Shown in pieces: positions 1 to 12,142 of a stretch of 64,000 bases of DNA. Numbering within the stretch: the first letter of the stretch is position 1; every line of letters starts with the position of its first letter. The notes beneath the pieces are model-generated. The model was not told the DNA's origin. It did not search any database and saw nothing but the letters and a program-made list of their open reading frames with translations. Both the position numbers and the translations under genes were made by a program. The DNA is from Vicugna vicugna (lineage: Eukaryota): contig MU058000.1 of assembly GCA_013265495.1 (NCBI GenBank), forward strand, positions 1,798,001-1,862,000, in the 5' to 3' direction.

Positions 1-1439
1 GTGATAACTAAAGGGTCCTCTGTTGAGACAATATACAATAAAACTTCCTACCATGATCATGAACAACCATAAGCATTTCCTTTATTTTTAACATAAATAG
101 TTTTGCGAGTTCACATCTCTTCAGGTTTTAAGGAATTAGTTTTGAATTTTTGTTCGTCAGAAAGAGTAATGATTTGTTTGAAATTAGTTTGCTCTTTGAT
201 GGAACAAACCACTGTATTTCCACTTGGGAATAATCATTTAGTCCTGATGCCTAAATAAATGTCCTAGGGGAATTTTTATAAAGATCTGGAGAGATTCTCA
301 ATTCCTCACTGGATGCCATACTGAATAAATGCTTTTTATAAGGCAGTAAGAGAATAGCTCAAAAATCTACAAAAGGCATTATTCAAAAGAATATTCAACC
401 AAAATCATTTTATTCCATAACTAAAATAATATTAATTAGTAAATAGTTATTGCCTGTAACTGTTTTTCACAACTCTTTAAATGAAGTCCCTTTCCTTGAA
501 CTATTTCAGACACAAACAGAACTGAAGACCCTTGCCCACTTATCCACCCATCATCTTTGAAAAGGTGGACCAAGAGAGGATCATTTACCATCTAGCCCTG
601 TGGACATTATCTCCTCACTACTTTCCTCCTTAGGCGGAAACCTGTCTTTTTCTTTTGTTCCCAAAAGGATTGAGAGTGAGGATACAGGATTATAACTTCC
701 CCTTACTAACTGGGACAAATTATTTCTAACAAATACTATAAAGCAGCAGTGATATACATATAACTATAATTCAAGTCATGTCATGTGTCCTTCCTCCCCT
801 TGTTGCTGCTGATAAACATCATCTCACAATGGACTAAAGTAAGCCTTAGGGTACTATCCTCTCCTAGTCACAGTGTATCAAGTCCATTTTCCCACAAATG
901 AAGCAAGCATTGCCAAAATGGCTAAGGGGTATACCTATTGGCTGATGCAATAATACTGGAGGTCCCTGGGCATATTCCATCATCTAAAACAAAAATAATG
1001 ACGTTTTAAATATTAAATGAGTCTATTTAGGCCAGACATTCAGAATAGAGCTTGACATATAGAAAGACTTCAGTAAGTCAGTTGCTGTTACTGTAAATCT
1101 TTGCACTGGGGCATTATCCGAGGCAAAATGAAAGAAAGAGGTCTTTGTCATTCTGACTTTTCCACAGTCTAGTTTAATAAAATAACGTCAATGGTACACG
1201 GCAGCAAGAGTCCAAGGACAGGTGGTATAAGTGTCTTTACCACTAGCAGATTCAGAGCATTTTAAATTGTTATTAATTCTGGTAATATACTTGCTTGGGA
1301 ATTCATTTTATGAATCTGGTTTCCAACTTTATGGACTTTTCATTTGGTATTACCTTCTTCTATAATGCAGATAAATGTATTTCATTTGGATTTCAATCAG
1401 ATTAAGATAATCTACAAATCAGGATTGCTTCCAACTCAC

Positions 1440-3461
1440 CAGGGCACCACTATATTAAGCCTGGCCTTTATTCAATGATCAAAACACTGTGTACTCTTGA
1501 GTGGTCCATTTTTCCTCATCTGAAGAGAAAGGCTACTGATTATAGTTTCCCTACCTTTGTAGGTCCAGGCCTTCATGGAGACTTTGAAAGTAAAATTAAT
1601 CTTCTTAATTGCATCATGATTCCCCAGTCCAGTGTTAAATTACCTATTCTTTTCCTAATATTAAAATAGATCTACTGTGCAAAATATCTTCCCTTAATAT
1701 TTACTTCAACCCAGTGACTGATTTTACTCATTTTTTCAGTAGAATAGTTTTATCCTTTCAGGAGTTGAGTGAGCTCTCATGTAGTCTAGTGTCTACCCTC
1801 GGAAACTTTCAAAGATTATGAATGGATGTATTAACATTAAATGAGTTTAGCTATAGATATACAGACAGAGATACAGGATTTTGCCATGATTAGCAGATAT
1901 AAAGTACTAAATAATTTATTATAATTGCCAAGGATTGGGATTTGGGGCCAACCCCTTGCTCTGGCATGGGTTCTGGTACAGAGCCAGTGCTCACAGGCAG
2001 CTGCACTGGAGGGACCTTATGCTGTGTTGCTTCTCATTAGAAGGGTCACTATTCCAGACCTTGCATAGTCACATATTGGAAGTCAAAAAAAGTCAAGTAA
2101 ACCATTTTTATAGGGTCTTCAATTATACCTTTCATGACCACATTTAGCTATATAATCAGTATTTCCTGGGTTCTCAGCCACAACATTCACCTCTGTGGTT
2201 TGATTCTCTGACAGTGAATCCTAACAATGTCCATGTTTCTAAAGAGGGTTTTAGTTTTATTTATTAGCTAAGGGATACACTATGTCTACACAAACCAAAG
2301 TATTCTAGGGTCCTTGACAGAAGTGATGAGGATGAAAAGGTTGCAGTTATAACAATGCTTCTCTTACCTGAGTTTGAGTCCACTTCAATACAAGGACCAT
2401 TATAAGTATTCTTCCTAGCTGTCACCCTATAAAAAGGTGGGTTTCCAGACTCAATAGAATGAGAAATTAGAGTTACAATTTTATTGTATATCCACTGGTG
2501 TTTCCTTTACCTAGCAAGTCTTATAGAAGTCACATGTGCTATCCTACATGAGAACAGGAGTATCTAAGGTTTATCAACAGGTTCAAAAAGCAAGGCCAAA
2601 GGCACTGAGAATCAGAGAACTCAAATTCTATGCGGCAAACATGTTTCGCTGACACAGGTGGGAGAGTTGCCCTGACGCTCATATACGTAAATCCATGACT
2701 AGCTGATGGCAGGAGACACGCCCTCAACCTCAGGGTCTATTCTCACCTGTCTTCAGGGAAAGAGGGAAGCTCTGGCTAGAACTCCTCATGCAGGCATCCG
2801 GGTGTGACATCACTGAAAGCGATTCAGAGAGAGCCACACCAGGAAAAGCTCAGTGTGTTCCCTACAGTCAGTTATACAAGAATAAGGCAAAGCCTGGGTT
2901 TTTTGTTTTTACCTTATGAACAGACAGAAAAAGATAGGATTTCTGATTTGTGATTGTTCTGGCCTTGGAGAATGTGGCTACTTGGCATGTTTTATGGTGT
3001 ACGAAGTATGTTGAGATCTAGTCAAAGTTATGTGTCTTTCCAAATTTTACTGATTATTCCCTTTCTCGAACTCTTACCAGATGTCATATCTGTTTCACTT
3101 CTTAAGCACTTAAAACGCATCTTTATAAACGTCTCTTTTGTGCCTTCATTGCTGTTGCTTCTGAATTGAGCCCAAAGCCTCTTAGAGGTAAAACACGATC
3201 ATTAGACATTGCTCCTAACATCCAGGTCAACATGCAGCCAGTTCTTTGCATGCTCTCTGCAGTGCTTTCAAGTTGAACTGTTTCCTTTGAGAAGATTTGG
3301 ATTTGGATTCCTCTTCTCATTTTCCCACACTAAATGGGGATACTTTCTCTTTCGTTAATTCTCTTTAATATTTTCTCACTGTTTCTGGGTAAAACAGAGT
3401 GGACAGACACATCAACTTTAAACTTGTCTTTAAAAAATTGAGATGCCAGTATACAAGTCAG
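1440..3461 (-). ncRNA. Candidate spliced transcript (lncRNA or small ORF); exon candidates 3078-3461, 2747-2861, 2368-2426, 1440-1519
   Basis: Minus-strand splice pairs: ttttattcctgttttctacag..CTG|gtaaga; weak ..gactgtag..CAG|gtgaga; ccacctttttatag..CAG|gtaaga; cctttctcttcag..CTG|gtgagt. A further strong acceptor (cattatttttgttttag) opens at 983. No long ORF. Motif evidence only. Confidence 0.3.
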
Positions 3462-4181
3462 CTGTAGAAAACAGGAATAAAACTTGAAAGGCTGAAAAAA
3501 TGGAGATGAGCAGCCAGAGTAGAGAGGCCTTGAGGTCAATGAAGAGTGGTGCTGGCGGGAAAACAGACTGACACCCTGTTCCTTCCCCATCAGCAGGTGT
3601 GTCATTTACAGCAAGCATTAAAAATAAAGGAAATAACAAAATACTTTAAAATAAATTGAAAACAAAAAGATAACACTGGCAAAAAGACATATAAATTACA
3701 GGAACACCATGTTAGAGACCCCAATTTTGTAACCCAGTAAACCATAGTATCTCAGTATTACTTCTAAAGACACAAATTAGTCTTTTCATTTCCAAATATG
3801 GGAAACGCTAAGAGGTACTTTGTATATAAGCTTCATCATGACAACATTCTCTCACAACACCATATGCCATCTAAAAGTCAGGCTTTTTTCAGGCTGCATA
3901 TGACAGAGATACTCAGAGATATACACAGTGATAGGCAAAAATCCACATAGTATCGCAGCAATGAGGCAATATAGGAGGTTATTAAATTTGATGTGAGAAA
4001 CAGCAGATTAGTTTAATCCCTCTTGCACACACAAACACACACATTCATTTTTATTGCAGCGTTCTTAAATTCATGAATGTAAGTTGTATATTACTTTTTC
4101 ATGTAATTCTAACAAGGAAACCAAGGGGATTTGAAACAGCTATCATGTAGCTTAGAGGGGAGCTGAATTTAAAATGCAAAG

Positions 4182-4300
4182 GCATAGAACTCAGAATGTG
4201 AAGACCTGGACTTAAATCTTATTTCTGCAATTTGTTAACCATGCAATCTAGGACAAATCATTTAACTTTCTGAACTTAGGATTTTCATCCATTAATGAGA
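4182..4300 (+). mobile_element. MIR SINE fragment
   Basis: Decayed MIR core: agacctggacttaaatc...ctaggacaaatcatttaactttctgaacttag. Confidence 0.65.
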
Positions 4301-5729
4301 AGCAATATTTTGCAGGGTCATGCAAGTTGCTGTTTAGTACTTGGAAAGACTGATCTCAAATTTGAACAGATGGCCAGACACACAGTCTACAAGCATCCTG
4401 ACATTTTTTTCCCCCAGGCCCAGTACTCAGCAGGTAAACTGAGGATCTCCTGTGTGCAAGGACACATGCTGGACACTAGCAATTAAAGGGTGACTATGCC
4501 ACATATCACATGCATATTTTATTATCTAATTTGTATAAAAGTATATACACCAATACACAGACACAAGCTCACGCACACACAAAACATCCCCAAATGTTAA
4601 TAGATGTTAACTATAGGTCACAGTGACATTAAATATCTTGGTTAAGACATTTTATATTTCATAAATTTTATATAATATACATTTTTAAAGTTTTGGAATC
4701 ATGCAAAGCAAGATCTTTGTGATTTATTAGTTAATCACTTAATGGGACATTTTTGTCGCTCAGAAATTTGCAACATGTTGGAGCTAATTTTATAACAGGA
4801 ATTTTTGTTCTTCCTTCCTTCCTATTACACACACACAAAAACTCTTCATTTTTCATTTCCTCATCTTTAAGATTAAAATAATAAAAATTCCTCCTGGGGT
4901 CACTTGAGCATGGAATGTATAGTCTGGAAAGGTCTATGCAAATGTCTGTTCTTCTATTTTCATTGTTATGTTCATTGGGGGAATGACCTCATTGCTTGTA
5001 GGAGAAGAGAAGTATTTTCAGAAATGTGACTAGAAGCCCCCCCAACCCCGCCTCCACTGGTACTTCCATTCTTGATTTCTATAGCAACAATGGCAGCCCT
5101 GGATACTGTCCCCTTCTCAAAAACTTCTCAGGGATATTTTCAGGCTTGGAAAGTGCAAGCCTAAAAACTCAGCTATTTTACGGAAATAAAAAATGCATGT
5201 CTTCTTGTTTCTTCCAAAAAAAAAAAAAAAACTACAATGCATTTGAAGACTGAATGATAGAAAAAATAAATTTACCCTTTTTTAAATAAGCTCATTGACA
5301 AAAAGTCTTAATTAAGCTTTTTACATTCTTATTCCTTTTTCTCTTCACTAACCTCCAGGAAGCAAAGAAAAGCTAAATCTACATGAAACAATGAAAAATT
5401 ATGATGGATGGAAGTATTGTCTCTTTTTCTTGATTAGAAGGCACATTGGTAAAGGACTGCCTTTAGGTCCTTACCCTTCCTTTTTACTTACTGGAGCCAC
5501 CGTTTGCTGTGTTTCTTCATGATTCAAATTCTTCAGAATAGCCATAGAAGGATCATTCTAGCAATTTGCCTTGTGAGTTCCATGATAATTTATTTCAATC
5601 TAACATTGCTCTTTCTTCTTCAATTCGAGTATATTTTTGGCCAGAAATTCTGTTTGAAATCTTTTATTTTTCATTCAAGATGACCTAAGACCTCTCTCTC
5701 TTTTAGAAGTCAATAATCCATTCAAGGAT

Positions 5730-6190
5730 GTTTCTACTAAGACTCTTTTGGTAGCTAGTACCAGAAAACCCAACCTAGACTAGCTCAATCAGATTCTCAG
5801 ACAGCACAATTAGAATCTGTTCTCACGCATCTTGGCTCTATTTCTCTCTGTGTTGGCATAATCTTTACTCAGGCTCTCTCTTCATAACTGTAAAGACTAT
5901 GAGCAGCTCTAAGTTGACATCCATCTGGACTCCAAGTCCACTGGGAAAGAAAAGGTACTACTCTGTTGATTAGCCATTGCTAATGGGTTTCAAAATCATG
6001 GACCAACTGGTCAACTGGGGATACATAACACTAGTCCAGTCATATCTAGGTCATATTTATACCTCTGCAATAGAGTGAAGTCAGCCTTTCCCAAAACTAT
6101 ATGATGCAAGATCGATAGTGGTAATAAAAGCAATTTTAGATTCTGGTATAAGGGAAAGGATATACATGTTTAGGGAAGATGAATGACAAT
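5730..6190 (-). mobile_element. Old MaLR LTR (MLT1J/K/L-like)
   Basis: aagactcttttggtagctagtaccagaaaacccaacctagactagctcaa resembles the reverse-complemented MLT1 3' terminus. Right boundary approximate. Confidence 0.6.
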
Positions 6191-6813
6191 ATACATGTAC
6201 AACCAGATTTTCTGAAAGCTTTCTAGGTTCAAAGCATTAATGTTGTGTCTGAAATCTATTTAAACAAAGTCTTCCACTTCTGTCACTGTCTATAGAACTT
6301 GAACCAGTGTCTATACGATAACAAGTCAGCAAAGTTAGCACAGTTACGTGTGCAGGAAAGAAGGAATATGGTGTTCCATGTTCTCACTGGGAAATTTTTC
6401 TGCCTAGTTTCCAAGCTGGTTGTAGTCCTTCAGATGCCAGAGTTGACTATTCAGGGCCTAAATGTAGGTTTAGCATGTACTTAACGCAATTATCTTTCTA
6501 TGTCCAAGCTCCTGTGCACAGTGTGAATTTGATTAAAGACTTCATGTGGAATTCAGAAGACAATATATGCTTCCTCAGGAGATTTAAACATGAACTTCCA
6601 CTGGGTACTACTGTCACGCTGTCCCACACGCTGAAAATTTGAGAATGCCAAAGTTGTACTAAGTTGTAATGTTCCTTGATACTTTTCTATCCTTCTCTTC
6701 ATTTTTTCCTATAAAACAAAAGTCATGTTTGTTATAACTTCTTCTGAAAGTAAACCTGAATGAAATCTGACTTGGGATCCAGGGGATTCTGGGTTCAGTG
6801 CTGACTTGGACAC

Positions 6814-6954
6814 TTACTGTCTGGACGATTTCTGAGCTTCTTGTTTATCTTTAAAACTAGCACTTTGGAGTAAAATTTACTGTCTGGACGATTTTAGTCA
6901 AGTTATCTTTTCTGAGCTTCTTGTTTATCTTTAAAACTAGCACTTTGGAGTAAA
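6814..6954. repeat. Near-tandem duplication (61 bp + 78 bp) inside a MIR-like remnant
   Basis: 6814-6874 and 6877-6954 are identical except for 17 bp missing from copy 1. Confidence 0.95.
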
Positions 6955-7617
6955 TAGTCAAAAGTCTTTCTTAAAAGTAATTGACTATTCTAGGTTTTAT
7001 TAGAATCTCTATCTTCCTCTCTGGTATAAACCAATCAGTGTCTTTCAGCAAAACTTCTATATTTTCTCATCATATAATTCTAACAGTCAAACGTAACACT
7101 TCTCTGGAAGAAAAAGCCCCGAACTATAGAGTTAACCTATCTCAATTTGTAGGTTTCCCTTTCTGGTTACATTAGTACTCATTTTTCTTTTTATACCCCC
7201 TTTTCCATTCTTTCCTCTTAAATAGAGGACCCCAGCTTCCAACATGTGGCAACTGACCTGGGCCAGCTGAAAGCGAATAGCTACAGTCCTGGATCTTTGC
7301 CCAGCTGAATCAGAGAAGCCCAAACAATATGTTTCTGTCTCGGAAAAGCTGCTGGAAACAAAATTAACACAAGTTAGAAAGAGAAATTCCATTTTAAATT
7401 CCTTATGTTTGTTTCAAATGCATAGTAAAATTTGAAGGGCATAATATCGGAACCAAGAAATTTGCTTCAATCAAAAGAACAAGATGGAGATTGCTAAGGA
7501 AACTGACAATGCGTGGGAAGAAACATCCAAAACACGTGATCACTGCAACTTCTCAACATCTTAGAGCAGAAGAAACATTTCCAGCAAAGCTGTCCTACTA
7601 AGAAACATATTTTTGAT

Positions 7618-9099
7618 ACTTGAAAAAAGACAGAATTGGGGGGCACACACCTTCCCAATTTCAAAGCTTGCTGAAAAGTGTAATCAAGACAGTGTGGTAC
7701 TTACATAAGGACAGACATACAGATCAATGGAACAGACTGAAAAATCTAGAAATAAACCCTTACATTTATGATGAATACATTTTCAACAATGGTACCATAA
7801 GAATTAATTGGAAAACTATTTTTTAACAAATTTCCTGACAACTGTATATCCACATAGAAAAGAATCGAGTTGAATTTCTTCCCTATATTATACACAAAAA
7901 TGAATTCAAAATGGATCACAGACCTAAATACAAGAGTTGAAACTAAAAAAATAAATAAATAAAGCAAAACAAAAAACCAACACAAACCTCTTAAAAGAAA
8001 AAAATAGGAGCAAATATTTGTGACCCTGGTTTTGCTTTAGGCAATGTTTTCTATACACCAAAAGCACAAAAATTAGATAATTTGGGCTTCATCAAAACTA
8101 AAATATTTTTTGCTGCAGAAAAGAAAGTGAAAAGATGAACCCACAGAATCAAAAAATACTGGAAAATAATATAGTTAGTAAGGGATTAGTATCTAGGCTG
8201 TACAGAGTATTCTTATAACTCAATAATTCAGAGATACATAACCTTAAGGGATTAGTATCTAGGCTGTACAAAGTTACTTCAGTTACATGAAAAGATGCTT
8301 AACACCATTAGCCACCAGGGAGAAGCAAATTAAAACAATCATGAGAACCCACTTCATACTAAGAAAACTGTAATAAAAAAAGATAGACAATGGCAAAATT
8401 GGAGGAGGTTGTGGAGAAACTGGAACTCTTGTGCTTTCCTGGTAAGAATGTGAAATTATGTGGCGCTGCTTTGGAAGACAATTGGCATTTCCCTGCAAAT
8501 TTAAACACGCAGATACCATATAATCAAGAAATTTCACTCCTAGGTATATAATCAAGAGAAATGAAAACACATACCCATGTAAACTGTGTACATGAATGCT
8601 CATAGCAGCATTATTAATAACAGTCAAAGAGTGAAAGCGCTCAAATGTCCATTATCTGATGGATGAATAAATAAAATGGTATATACCCACAATGAGATAT
8701 TATTTGGCCATAAAAAAGCAGTGAAATTCTGACATATGCTACAACATGAATGAACCTTGAAAGCATTATGCTAAGTAAAACAAGTCAGTCTCAAAAGACC
8801 ATATACAGTATGACTCTATTTATATGAAATATCCAGAAAAGCTGAATCTATAGAGGCAGAAGACAGATTAGCAGTTCCCTTGGGGTGGGAATGGAGAAGT
8901 GAAAGAGGAGAAGATGGGTATGTGGTTGCTAATTTGAATGGAGTTTCTTTGGGGAGAGCGACAAAATATGTCTATGTTAGATTTTGGTAATGGTTGCACA
9001 AGTCTGAAGTACTAAAACCACTGAATTCCACAGCTTTAATGGTTGAAATGCATAGTACATAAATAAAATCTCAATAAAGCTTTTTTGTTTTTTTAAAAA
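7618..9099 (+). mobile_element. 5'-truncated old L1 (L1MB-like): ORF2 C-terminal region plus 3' UTR
   Basis: Decayed ORF2 peptide VIKTVWYLHKDRHTDQWNR. Typical L1 3' UTR (atgaatgaaccttgaaagcattatgctaagt) ending ctcaataaagc plus tail. Confidence 0.9.
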
Positions 9100-10591
9100 G
9101 GATAAGTTAGACATGATGAAAGCATCCAACAATGCACAAGAAGAAACAGACAGAACTCATTTAAAGCAAAGGAATGATTTCAGAGAAGTTGTTCAACTAA
9201 GAAATATATATTTGAACACTTTAGTAGTTGGGTAATGAGTAGTTTTTCACCTGTGGAATAGAAATTTCGTTTATACACTCTCTGTCATAAATTAAACTGT
9301 ATGCATTTAAATCAGAAGGGACTAGATATTATACCTTGAGCATCCCAACTTCTAAGGTCAGTTGAATACCATGAGACAGAAAATAGATACATCTGTAATC
9401 TAACTACCTAGTTATTAGACAGATGATAGATTATAGATAAATAGACCAAAATAAAGGGAGTGCTTCTTGAATTAACTCTACGGTATTGCCATCAAGATCT
9501 TTGAATTCTGATTCTATTAAGTGGTATTTTGAATGTTTGGGGGGAATATCTTCATGATCTGATGGATTCATTTTTATTAGTATAGAAATACAAGGACTTA
9601 GGTAAAATTTTGTGAGAAAAAAGTAGAATCTTGGCATTCACCTAACCAGCAAGTTTAAATAACCTTGTTTAAGAGAACAGTCTTTCTCTAAAATAAGTCA
9701 GGTGTTAATTTTGGCTTCAAATACATTTTTCAAGTCTGAGTTTTGCTGAGTGGCATGAGGCCAGGTGCAGGACTATTTACTTTTCTTTCACTGTGTGTTG
9801 AAAACTTGTTGAATCCAGAATTAGAGAAATGCACGCAGCTGGCGGAAAAGTAGTTCACTACCTCAATACATATGCAGCTCCTACAATTTTTTGAGGCACA
9901 TTAATAACCTAGAAATGCTGAGACCCTGGTTATGTTGACAGAAATATCCTTTCTTTCCTGCCAAATTCATGCTCATAGGTTTTCTGACCTATGATTCTAT
10001 ATGCTAAAAATATAAATAAAATTCCAACTCCGCTTCAACTTAGCATTAATGGAAAACAGGGCAGGGTACATTTGACTATCTATGAGCCGCTATTTCAAAC
10101 AGAAGGCAGCAGGCAGGTCACACCAGTTACAAAATGCTTAGTTTTTAATATTCTGAGCCGGAAGAGATCACCCTGACTATATATGAAGTAAAGTATGGGG
10201 CTGAGAACCACCTATAGTTGAAACAAACCAATGAATATTTAAGAGAAATTTTCCCCTTAATTGTGGGAAAGCAACTGCATAATTTAACTGGCCTTTTGCT
10301 TTGTTTTTACTATTCCCTCCCATAATTACGAACCCACATGTCTGATGTCCACAACACACACACACACCCCCCACACACACACCCACACACACCCACCCAT
10401 TGGTCCTCGGGTTTGCCAGGGATAAAGAAGTATCAGCACAGAAAATGTTGAAAATTTTTTGCTGAATTAAATTCCTAAATGTGATAGGTCTTTTGTTAGC
10501 GTCCTTTATCTGCACGTCCTGGAGCCAAAAGAACTGGAAGGATGACAAAATTTGCTTCTAACCCTGGGACTGCATCACGAAGACAGTCGCA

Positions 10592-10606
10592 CCAGCGGAG
10601 GGCAGT
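10592..10606 (+). promoter_or_regulatory. CTCF-like motif
   Basis: CCAGCGGAGGGCAGT has one mismatch to the core CCASYAGRKGGCRSY and lies at the CpG-island edge. Confidence 0.45.
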
Positions 10607-10857
10607 GGCGTACCACGCACAAAACGTGGCCCGGGAAAAAGCTTCCAAACTTGCCTCACAACCTGTAGTTAATAAAGAACCGGGCAGGGGGGCGAAATAG
10701 CCGGGTTTAGAAGAGATTTATCTCAACTGCATAAGCAGGAAAGTTCTACAGTTCCCCGAGAAAACTCCGTCCGTGGAATTCACAGCAGGACAGAGTGTGC
10801 GAGCGATCAAAGGCTACAGAGACGCTCTCAGTCATGGCTGGCCCGGAGCCCGCTTAC

Positions 10858-10893
10858 CTGGGGCTGCCGGCCTCCGCCCGCGCGGAGAAACGC
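10858..10893 (-). other. 36-nt exon candidate (or 3' end of a first exon)
   Basis: Minus strand: ctgat (branch-like) ggtatctcttgtgctcttctgcag|GCGTTTCTCCGCGCGGGCGGAGGCCGGCAGCCCCAG|gtaagc. Confidence 0.4.
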
Positions 10894-11059
10894 CTGCAGA
10901 AGAGCACAAGAGATACCATCAGCTTAACAACAAAAGGACGGTGGGCCCTGCGAGCTCCGATCTGGAGCAGCGAATTGTGTACAAATAAATCCGAATCAAA
11001 AACCTATGGACTTTTTTCAGACAAAATTGAGAAACGAGCGTTACTGTAACAGCTTTGCC

Positions 11060-11170
11060 ATGAAATGGCTGTGTGACTCTAGGCAAGTCTTTTAACCTCT
11101 CTGAAAGTTCAGTAGTTAAGAAAATGGATTTGATGGGACAATTCTGAAGGCAACTCCAATTCTATCTTTT
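11060..11170 (+). mobile_element. MIR fragment
   Basis: ggctgtgtgactctaggcaagtcttttaacctctctga is the MIR core. Confidence 0.65.
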
Positions 11171-12087
11171 TTACCTGAGTCTCTATCACAAGGGGTCCCC
11201 ATCAGTCTTCCTCTCAGTATATTCTAATTGGGATGAAGAAACTATAGCCAAAGAGGCTAAGATTTTAGAGTGAGTGCTGCACTGCATGGCCCCAGTGATC
11301 CAATTAGGAACACTGAAGTTGGCTCCATCCTGTTCTACCTTTGCCTGCACAATCCTTGGGCATTCTCTTTTATTAATCCTCTCTTGTTATATATGTTGAC
11401 ATCCATCTATCCTACTGGAAGGCGAGGGCCTTTGGGGGACATGTCCTATATGTAATTCATCTATGTAGCTCATCTCAATAATTCTTGTGGAACTTGCACC
11501 ATCATATTTGTAATGCTAAATCTCAGAGACTACAGCAGGGCAGATATCCAAAGCCTGTGGCAGACAGCTAAGTGGCTATATGACAAATGTTGCAAAACCA
11601 TCTGAGAAAGACATGGCAGGGGTGCTAGGGATGACAGCTGTACACACAGCTTCAGCTGTAATTTTCCAAGCACTTTTTTGGGAAGTGGAGAAGGAATAAA
11701 GTGACAACATTTGCAAATAAAATGCCCTGTGGGCACATTCTGTATATCCAAGCTGCCTTGCCTGGGAAAAAAAAAAAACAGTACATAAAGATAGAAACCT
11801 CCACCAGTCACCCTTTCAAGCCTCATTGATTTTTATGCACAAAATAATGATATATATGAACATGATCAACTGGTGGAGCCAGTGAGTAAGGAAGGGGACA
11901 AGCAAAACCACTAGAAGGGCTGTAATTAGTGTTTGACTTTTAAAAACAGAACAGAGGTTCTAGCCAAGTATGTGCGTCTCCTATTATGAACATGTGGTAC
12001 CAACATGCTTTCCAAATAAAGCAATAGTTTTGGATGGCTTCAAGGACAATAATAGTAAGGCGAACGTAGCACTGAGAGGAGGTATTT

Positions 12088-12142
12088 GAAATGGACCTAA
12101 TATTCGTGTCTTTCCAAAATTCATACGTTGAATTCTTAACAC
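12088..12142 (+). mobile_element. MLT1A-type MaLR LTR, 5' part (split by L1)
   Basis: atggacctaatattcgtgtctttccaaaattcatacgttgaattcttaac matches the MLT1A start. The element resumes at 15237. Confidence 0.75.

Larger units (their letters stand above)
10575..11045. promoter_or_regulatory. Small CpG island or CpG-rich regulatory element
   Basis: About 30 CpGs by hand count in about 470 bp, in an otherwise CpG-depleted window. GC box CTCCGCCC at 10872-10879. Confidence 0.65.
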
